NCBI GenBank assembly: GCA_031414955.1
Contig: JANOQV010000301.1
Coordinates: 1-39,803, forward strand
Source: Pedosphaera sp.
GTDB lineage: Bacteria > Verrucomicrobiota > Verrucomicrobiia > Limisphaerales > SIBH01
DNA length: 39,803 nt
Reading direction: 5' to 3'
Shown here: in pieces, positions 29,509-36,800 of the stretch
Numbering within the stretch: position 1 is the stretch's first letter
Layout: the number at the start of each line of letters is the position of its first letter
Made by a program: the position numbers and the translations under genes
Notes under the pieces: model-generated
Database searches by the model: none
What the model was told of the DNA's origin: nothing
What the model saw: only the letters and a program-made list of their open reading frames with translations

Positions 29509-30045
29509 TCATTTGCACTTCGCCAAGATCTCATCCGCCGTGGCCTGCGAGACTCCTTCGTAGAAATCCTCGTTGCACATCATGACCGGGGCGGTGCCGC
29601 AGCTCGCGAGGCATTCGACAAACTCGACCGTGTATTTGCCGTCCTTCGTGGTCTGCAGGCCGTGCGCGTGCGAATCCAATTCCAGGCGCGAGCAAAAGTG
29701 TTTGTGCAGTTCGCCGGAGCCGCCCAGCGCGCAGCTCAGCGTGCGGCAGACTTTGAAGTGATGCTTCCCGACCGGCGCGCGTTGCAGCATCGGGTAGAAA
29801 GTCACGATCTCGTAGATGTTGATCGGCGACAGGCCCAGCTTCTTCGCTGCCCAGGTCACGGCCTCTTGCGGAATCCAGCCGTGCGCTTCCTGGATGGCGT
29901 GGAGCACCATGAGCGAGGCGGCGCGCTGCTTGTCTTCCGGGTAATGCGTGAGCAACTCGGCGACTTCCGCTTCGAGCGCGGGCGTGGTTTTCCACGTCGC
30001 GTCGGAGCGAAGGGCGTTCGGGATGGGATCGAAGTGTTCGTTCAT
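29509..30045 (-). CDS. nuoE: NADH-quinone oxidoreductase subunit E
   Basis: VTFYPM, VCRTLSCAL, VECLASCGTAPVM; start MNEHFD. Confidence 0.95.
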   Translation of the reverse strand: MNEHFDPIPNALRSDATWKTTPALEAEVAELLTHYPEDKQRAASLMVLHAIQEAHGWIPQEAVTWAAKKLGLSPINIYEIVTFYPMLQRAPVGKHHFKVCRTLSCALGGSGELHKHFCSRLELDSHAHGLQTTKDGKYTVEFVECLASCGTAPVMMCNEDFYEGVSQATADEILAKCK

Positions 30046-30197
30046 GCGCGTTGAAAAAGATCCAAGATCCAAGACCCAAGATCCAGAGAAGCTCCAAACA
30101 CCAAGCACCAAGCAATCCACGAGCGCTCAGGGCGCAGGTTGGAGCTTGGAACCTGGAATTTCTCTGGAGCTTGGAGCTTGGGGCTTGGTGTTTTCAT
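30042..30197 (-). other. Putative 51-aa relay ORF spanning hairpin copy 2
   Basis: MKTPSPKLQAPEKFQVPSSNLRPERSWIAWCLVFGASLDLGSWILDLFQRA*; ATGA overlap with both the nuoD stop and the nuoE start. Confidence 0.5.
30052..30196. repeat. ~145-bp palindromic heptamer-repeat element (MITE/IVS-like), copy 2
   Basis: TGAAAAAGA (TCCAAGA)2 CCCAAGA TCCAGAGAAGC TCCAAAC ACCAAGC ACCAA - 27-nt spacer - inverted arm ending TTTTCA. Confidence 0.9.
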
Positions 30198-31501
30198 CGA
30201 TCACACTCTCCCATCACAAAATCAATCGAGCCGAGGATGCTCACCACGTCACTCATCATGTGGCCGGGCAGAACATGGGACATGATGCTCAGGTTCACGA
30301 ATGAGGGCGCGCGGATCTTCATTCGATAGGGCGTGCCGCCGCCGCGCGAGTTGATGTAGAAACCCAGCTCGCCCTTGGGATTCTCCGCGCCGAAATAAAT
30401 TTCTCCGGGTGGCGCATTCACGCCCTGCGTCACGTTGATGAACTGGTGAATCAGTTCTTCCATGCTCGTCAGCACTTTGTTCTTCGAGGGCAAAGTGATC
30501 TTGCCGTCAGCGATGTTCACCGGCTCCTTGCCTTCGTTGTCGGGGCCGCCGGGAATGCGGTCGAGGCACTGGCGCACGATCCGCACACTTTGGCGCATCT
30601 CTTCCATGCGGACGAGGTAGCGATCGTAGCAATCACCCACCGAGCCGAGCGGTACGTCGAAATCCAGATCCTTGTAAACCAGATATGGGTTGGCCTTGCG
30701 CACGTCGTAATCAACGCCGCTGCCGCGCAGGTTCGGGCCGGTCAGGCCGTAATCAATCGCGTCTTCCTTGGAAATGATTCCAACATCCTTCGTGCGGTCC
30801 ACAAAGATGCGGTTGCGCGTGAGCAGCGTCTCCGTGTCGGCGATGGTGACGAGCACGCCATCGCAGAATTTACGCACCGCCGCAATCCATCCCGGCGGCG
30901 TGTCGCGCGAGACACCGCCGATGCGCGTGTAGCTCGTGGTGAACCGTGCCCCGGTCAGCGCCTCGAACAAATTGTAGAGCTTCTCACGTTCCGTGAACGT
31001 GTGCATGAACACGGTCAGCGCGCCCACGTCCATGGCGAAGCAGCCCACGCCCAGCAGATGCGCCGAAATGCGGGCCAGTTCGCAGCAGAGGACGCGGATG
31101 TATTGGCATCGGGGCGTGAGCTTCGTATCAATGCCCATCAGCTTCTCGACCGCCAGGGCGTAGGCCACGTTGCTGGCGAGGGGCGCGAGATAATCCAGTC
31201 GATCCGTGTAGGGGATGAACTGGGTGTAAGTCATGTTCTCGGCGATTTTCTCATCGCCACGGTGCAGATAACCCACGTCTGGAATGGCCTTGGTGATGAT
31301 CTCGCCATCCATCTCCAGCACGATGCGCAACACGCCATGCGTGGACGGATGCGACGGCCCCATGTTGAGGACCATCTTCTCGCCTTCCATCTCCGAGGCG
31401 TGAGTGGTGAGTTGGGCTTCCGTTTCGCCCAAGTTCTTCGCATCCGCCGCGGCAATTCGCGAAGGCGTGTCACGAAATGTGATTTCTTGAGTCGTGGCCA
31501 T
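30194..31501 (-). CDS. nuoD: NADH-quinone oxidoreductase subunit D
   Basis: NMGPSHPSTHGVLR, GYLHRG.EK, DRLDY, ENPKGELG, DFVMGECDR. Confidence 0.97.
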   Translation of the reverse strand: MATTQEITFRDTPSRIAAADAKNLGETEAQLTTHASEMEGEKMVLNMGPSHPSTHGVLRIVLEMDGEIITKAIPDVGYLHRGDEKIAENMTYTQFIPYTDRLDYLAPLASNVAYALAVEKLMGIDTKLTPRCQYIRVLCCELARISAHLLGVGCFAMDVGALTVFMHTFTEREKLYNLFEALTGARFTTSYTRIGGVSRDTPPGWIAAVRKFCDGVLVTIADTETLLTRNRIFVDRTKDVGIISKEDAIDYGLTGPNLRGSGVDYDVRKANPYLVYKDLDFDVPLGSVGDCYDRYLVRMEEMRQSVRIVRQCLDRIPGGPDNEGKEPVNIADGKITLPSKNKVLTSMEELIHQFINVTQGVNAPPGEIYFGAENPKGELGFYINSRGGGTPYRMKIRAPSFVNLSIMSHVLPGHMMSDVVSILGSIDFVMGECDR

Positions 31502-32080
31502 TTACTTGTCTGGAGTCCGCACGCGCGGCTCGCGGTTCAAAGCGCCGTTGCCGCCGGCGATGGTGACAAACGGCCCGCCTTCGAGCGGCGCAGTTTTGGT
31601 AAAAGCTACATCCGGCATCTCCGACGGCTTGCCCGCGAGCGGAAAATCTTTGCGCAGCGGAAAGTAAGGATAGCCGTCCCACATCAGGATACGGCGAAGG
31701 TCGGGATGCCCGCGAAAACGCACACCCATCATGTCGTAGATTTCGCGCTCGTGCCAGTCCGCCGTGCGCCAGACCGTGCTGATGGTCGGCAGTTCGGACT
31801 TCTCCTCGCTCACGCTGGTCTTGAGGCGCAGATGCGTCTTCTGCTCCATCTGGTAAAGCTCATAAACCAGCGTCCAGCGCGGGTCTTCGCCGTAATTGTC
31901 GATTCCGGTGATGTCCGTGAGCATGTTGAAGTCGAGCGACTTCTTTGCGAACGCGCAGACGTCGGCGATGCGCTCCGCATCAGCGACGAGCAGCGTGATC
32001 TCGCCGCGAAACTCCACCGGTTCGGAGAGCAAGTCACCGAACTTGGCTTTGAGTTGTTGGGCAAGATCGAGGGCAGCCAT
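31502..32080 (-). CDS. nuoC: NADH-quinone oxidoreductase subunit C
   Basis: ADWHEREIYDMMGV.F.GHPDLRRILM..PLRKDFP; start MAALD. Confidence 0.95.
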   Translation of the reverse strand: MAALDLAQQLKAKFGDLLSEPVEFRGEITLLVADAERIADVCAFAKKSLDFNMLTDITGIDNYGEDPRWTLVYELYQMEQKTHLRLKTSVSEEKSELPTISTVWRTADWHEREIYDMMGVRFRGHPDLRRILMWDGYPYFPLRKDFPLAGKPSEMPDVAFTKTAPLEGGPFVTIAGGNGALNREPRVRTPDK

Positions 32081-32091
32081 TTTGAAAGTGA

Positions 32092-32610
32092 TTAGGCGAC
32101 CTTGCGCTTCATCCCGATGGCCGATTCCCCTGCGACCTTCTGTTGCATCTTCACCAGCGCATCGAGTAGCGCCTCTGGACGCGGTGGACAGCCCGCGATG
32201 TAAACATCCACCGGGATGATGTTGTCCACGCCTTGCAGCACCGCGTAACTGCGATACATGCCGCCGGTCGAGGCACAAGCGCCCATGGCAATGACCCACT
32301 TCGGCTCAGCCATCTGGTCGTAAATGCGCTTCACCGCCATAGCCATTTTGTAGGTCACCGTGCCAGCCACGATCATCACGTCCGATTGGCGGGGGGAAAA
32401 GCGCATGACCTCGGCGCCAAAGCGCGCGATGTCGAACCGGCTTGCGCCCGCCGCCATCAGTTCGATGGCGCAACAGGCCAAACCCATGGGCATCGGCCAG
32501 AGCGAGTTGCTGCGAAACCAATTCAGGGCCGCATCGACACGGGTGATGACGATTTCGCCCTCGATTTTCGAGTTATAGCCGAACTCTGTTGTTGTGGCGG
32601 TGTCTTGCAT
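32092..32610 (-). CDS. nuoB: NADH-quinone oxidoreductase subunit B
   Basis: [41 protein letters not shown]; start MQDT preferred. Confidence 0.97.
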   Translation of the reverse strand: MQDTATTTEFGYNSKIEGEIVITRVDAALNWFRSNSLWPMPMGLACCAIELMAAGASRFDIARFGAEVMRFSPRQSDVMIVAGTVTYKMAMAVKRIYDQMAEPKWVIAMGACASTGGMYRSYAVLQGVDNIIPVDVYIAGCPPRPEALLDALVKMQQKVAGESAIGMKRKVA

Positions 32611-32651
32611 ACGCGCGCTTGGTATCCGCACGATTCTTTTCCGTGGGCAGC

Positions 32652-32680
32652 ACCGTACTCAGCGGCGAAATTCGCGGCAA
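32652..32680 (-). promoter_or_regulatory. Putative sigma70 promoter of the nuo operon
   Basis: Minus strand TTGCCG-N17-TACGGT. Confidence 0.45.
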
Positions 32681-32685
32681 GTCGA

Positions 32686-32705
32686 TTTGTGATTTTTTTC
32701 ACAAA
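32686..32705. promoter_or_regulatory. Palindromic operator, Rex-like or CRP-like
   Basis: TTTGTGA-TTTTTT-TCACAAA; one mismatch to Rex consensus TTGTGAAnnnnTTCACAA and full match to CRP core TGTGA-N6-TCACA. Confidence 0.7.
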
Positions 32706-32814
32706 GTCGCCAGTCTTCCTCGCGACGGACGTGAAGAGACTCCGACCAAAACACTCGCGGAGAGAATTATGGCTGCTGTTTTTTCGACTGCTACGGGCGA
32801 ATGAGGAGACGCCT

Positions 32815-33738
32815 TCAGAGGTCTTCAGCCGTAAACGTCGCCACAATGGGCCGGTGGTCCGAACCGATTCCCCAATTGGGAATCTTGAGGATGAAGGTTT
32901 CCTTGCTCACCCATTCCTTGGCCATGCCGTTACTCAGCAGGATGTAATCGATGCGTCGGTAGGTGTCTTCCTTGCCATAGTAATGTGTCCAGGTGATCCG
33001 CGGTGCGGGGTAACGAGGATTGTTGTTCGGCATGTCGTCGCCGTTCTGCTCGGCGGGGCGGGTGTCGTGGAGCGCGTGCTTGCGTCCGGCGGCCACGATG
33101 GTGCGCAACGGTTTGGAGTCGCGCACGTCGTTCATGTCGCCGGCGACGATGAGGTTGGCGTTCGGGCGTTTTGTGAGAATGGCCTCCACCTTCTCGCGCA
33201 GCATCGCCGCTTCCTCATCGCGCAGTTCCTGCTCGTCGGCGTCAAACTGCGTGAGCTTGGATTTCAAGTGCGCGGTCAACAGCGTGAAGGCGTAGCGGTC
33301 GATCACGCGAATATCCACTTCGACGAAACCGCGCTTCACATGATGCTGCTTGTTGAAGAGCACGAAGGAGTCGTTCGTGTGCGGCCGCCGCGCGACGATG
33401 GGGAACTTGCTCAGCACGGCGACGTGGATGTTTGTGTCCGAGGCGCTGATGTGTTCCCAGAAGGGGAAGTCCCAGCCCTCGCCCTTCAAGCTCGCGCGCA
33501 ATTCCATCAAGGCATTCGTGTTCCCGAATTCTTGCAGGGCGATCACATCCGCCTTCGTGGCGCGGATGCTTTCGCGGACTTTCGCCTTGGCTGCGTCTGA
33601 CTTGGCTGGGCGTGTGCCGCTCGCTGCATCGAGGTAATTTTGCACGTTGTAAGTAGCCACGCGGAAAGTCTCAGCGGCGGGGGATGCCAACGCGGTGCAG
33701 AGCAGCAAGGCGGTAAAAATGCGCGCGCGGGTTGGCAT
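32815..33738 (-). CDS. Secreted endonuclease/exonuclease/phosphatase family protein
   Basis: Signal peptide; VATYNV, DVIALQE, AHLKS, VAGDMND, RIDYIL, SDHRP. Confidence 0.92.
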   Translation of the reverse strand: MPTRARIFTALLLCTALASPAAETFRVATYNVQNYLDAASGTRPAKSDAAKAKVRESIRATKADVIALQEFGNTNALMELRASLKGEGWDFPFWEHISASDTNIHVAVLSKFPIVARRPHTNDSFVLFNKQHHVKRGFVEVDIRVIDRYAFTLLTAHLKSKLTQFDADEQELRDEEAAMLREKVEAILTKRPNANLIVAGDMNDVRDSKPLRTIVAAGRKHALHDTRPAEQNGDDMPNNNPRYPAPRITWTHYYGKEDTYRRIDYILLSNGMAKEWVSKETFILKIPNWGIGSDHRPIVATFTAEDL

Positions 33739-33878
33739 GGCGCAATTGATAGCAGTCCACGCCTAAAACGGAAGCGTGCATTTGCTGCGTGGCGGCGGCG
33801 GGTCGGTGCCGTTCCGCCGGATCAATGATTGTCATGCGCGTTCGGTTCCACTACGGTCGGCCTCAATTCACCCGAACT

Positions 33879-36800
33879 ATGAAACGTCTTTGTCTCGCCC
33901 TTGTGCTGCTTGGTGTCATTTGCGTCACACGCGCCGACACCACGCTGGTCTTCAACGAAATCATGTACCATCCGCGAGCGGTGGGGACGACGAACGAGGC
34001 CCAACACGAGTGGGTGGAACTCTACAATCAGATGGCCGTCGATCTGGACGTGTCGAACTGGCGGGTGAGCGGCGAGATTGAGTTCACCTTCCCCAACGGC
34101 ACGCGCATTCCGGGCAAGGGTTTTATCGTGCTGGCCCGCGACGCGGCCACGCTCATCACCGAGACCGGCCTGACCAATGTGATCGGCTACACCGGCCTGA
34201 GTGTGACCAACAACCGTCTGGGCAATGGCGGCGGCACGCTACAGTTGCGCAATAATGCCGGGCGGCTCATGGACGAGGTGGACTACGGCACCGAAGGGGA
34301 CTGGCCGGTCTCCCCCGACGGCAGCGGCTACACACTGGCCAAGCGTGACCGTGATTTCGGCAGTGCCAGCCCGGCTAATTGGCGGGCCAGCGCGCAGTTC
34401 GGTGGCTCGCCGGGCGCGGAGAATTTTGCCCAGCCCTCGAATGTGCGGTTGCTCGCCGTGGACGCCTCGTGGAAGTATGACGACACCGGCACCGATCTGG
34501 GCACGACCTGGCGTGACGTGGCTTTCAATGACCTGGCTTGGTCCTCGCGTTTCCACCTGACCAACCGTTCCATTCCCTCCTTGTTCAACACGGGCGTGGG
34601 CGCGGGCGGCGCGGTGCAGGCCAGCGGCCAGCCCGACCCGCATTACATTTTTACCGCCGCCGCCCAGGGCCAGGTCGGGGCGCAGGCCACGAACATCAAT
34701 AACAATGGCGCCTGGGTGGGCAATAATCTGGTCTCCAGTTGGATCGGCGTGGCCGACGGTGCGGGCAACATTGCCTTCGGTGCCTTCAACTACCTCACCG
34801 GTTTTTCGCTCGATGGTTTCATCCTGAGCACGGTGCAGATCAATATGGTTGTGGCCGTGGACAACACGATTGATGACGTGCGGCTCAATGGCGTCAGCAA
34901 GGCCATCAGCTACGGCGCCTTTGCCACCTTCAGTTCGGCTTTCCCCATCACCGGCTTCGCCAGCGGCACGAACACGCTGGAGTTCCTGACCAGCAACGCG
35001 GGTGCCGCCGCAAATCCAGGCGGGGTCCGGGTGGAGTTCACCAGCAGCGGTCTGAGTCTGAACACCAACACCCCGCTCGCCGCGGGTCGGAGCACTTACT
35101 ATTTCCGCCGGCACTTCACCTTCAACGCCAACCCTCAATACGCCTTGCTCACACTTAATCCCGTGCTGGCGGACGGTGCGGTCTTCTACCTGAACGGCGT
35201 CGAGGTTTACCGCCAGAACATGCCGGTCGGCGATCCCGCCTACGGCACGGCCGCCAACACCAACGCGAACATTCATTACGCCGGGCCGGTCGCGATCTCG
35301 GCGGCCAGCCTGCTGCCGGGCGACAACGTGCTGGCGGTGGAAGTTCACCAGGCGGCGGGCAGTCCGGATGGTCCGGTGCTCGGCGCGGAACTGCTTTACT
35401 CGGGGCTGGCGGAGCCGGCGGTCACGGTGACCTTCAACGAATTCAATGGCACCACCAACACCCCCTTCTGGATCGAGCTGTACAATTACGGGTCGAATTC
35501 CTACTCGCTCTCCAACCACGTCATCGCCCTCGACACCAGTTCGGGCAACACGAACTACTTCGACGGCCAGTATGTGTTTCCCGCGAACACCGTGCTGGCG
35601 GCGGGCGGCTTCCTCGCGGTGAGCAACTCCACGCTCGGTTTTGCCCTCTCCTCGGGCGACAAGCTGCTTTTCCTGGGCAGCACCTCGGGCGTGCCGGTGC
35701 TGGACGCGCTGGTTTTGAAGAAAGGGCCGAGGGCTCGCTTCCCGGATGGCGCCGGCGAGTGGCTCGTGCCGTCCGCGCCCACGCCGGGGACGAACAACGA
35801 GTTCTCTTTCCGCAATGAAATCGTGTTCAACGAGATCATGTACCACCACAAGGCCTTTCCGCCCGTGACCACGAACATTCCGCCCAAGGAAAATCCCGAG
35901 GCCTGGATCGAACTCTACAATCGCGGCACCGGCACGGTGAGTCTGGCGGGCTGGGAACTGGATGGCGGGGTGCGATACAATTTCCCCTCGAACGCCACCC
36001 TGGCCGCGGGCGCTTATCTTCTCCTCGCGGATGACAAGGCCGCGCTGCAGGCCGCCTACCCTGGTCTGACCATCCTGGGGAATCTCAATGGGCGGCTCTC
36101 GCACAGCCACGAGGAGTTGGTCTTGCGCGACCCTTCCGGCAATCCGGCGGATCGCGTGCATTATTACGACTCCGGCCGCTGGCCGCGTTTCGCCGATGGC
36201 GGCGGTTCCTCCCTCGAACTGCGCGATGCGAATGCCGACAACGCCAAGGCCGAGGCCTGGGCCGCGAGCGACGAATCGGGCCAGGCGGGCTGGGTAAGTT
36301 ACTCCTACCGCCTCGTGGCCAATCCCAGTGTGACGGCCAGTCCGGACGCGCAATGGCGCGACTTCGTCCTGGGATTGCTGGCCGATGGCGAATGCTACGT
36401 GGATGACCTGAGCGTGATTCAATCTCCTGGCACACCCGGCGCGATTGAGTTCCTGAGCAATGGCAACTTCGAGAGCGGCATGACCGGCTGGCGCGCGGTG
36501 GGCAACCATCGCCTCAGTCGCGTGGACATTGATCCGGCCAATCCCTCCAACCACGCGTTGCATGTCATCGCCCGCGGCCCGCAGGAGCACATGCACAACC
36601 ACATCGAACTGACCTTGCCCAACAATCGCAGCCTCACCAACGGACAAACCTACGAGGTCTCATTCCGCGCGCGCTGGATCGCCGGCAATCATCTGCTCAA
36701 CACCCGCGGCTACTTCAACCGCATCGCTCGCACCACGCCCCTGGCCTACCCGCAGAACAACGGCACGCCGGGTGGAGTCAATTCGCGCTACGTGGCGAAC

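Noticed and set aside
28833..29512. tRNA-Gln as attachment site of a prophage or integrative element
   Set aside because: No integrase and no convincing duplicate of the tRNA 3' end in the window; both flanks are contiguous nuo genes
23813..30196. Heptamer repeats as a CRISPR array
   Set aside because: Units are 7-bp tandem repeats in inverted arms, not 23-50-bp direct repeats with spacers; no cas genes
20660..32095. Long plus-strand ORFs such as 20660..22522, 26313..27437 and 30446..32095
   Set aside because: Antisense shadows of nuoL, nuoG and nuoC/D
23967..32299. Long N-terminal extensions of NuoI, NuoG, NuoE and NuoC in the ORF track (also NuoJ)
   Set aside because: They overlap upstream genes or repeats; downstream ATGs give normal sizes and coupled junctions
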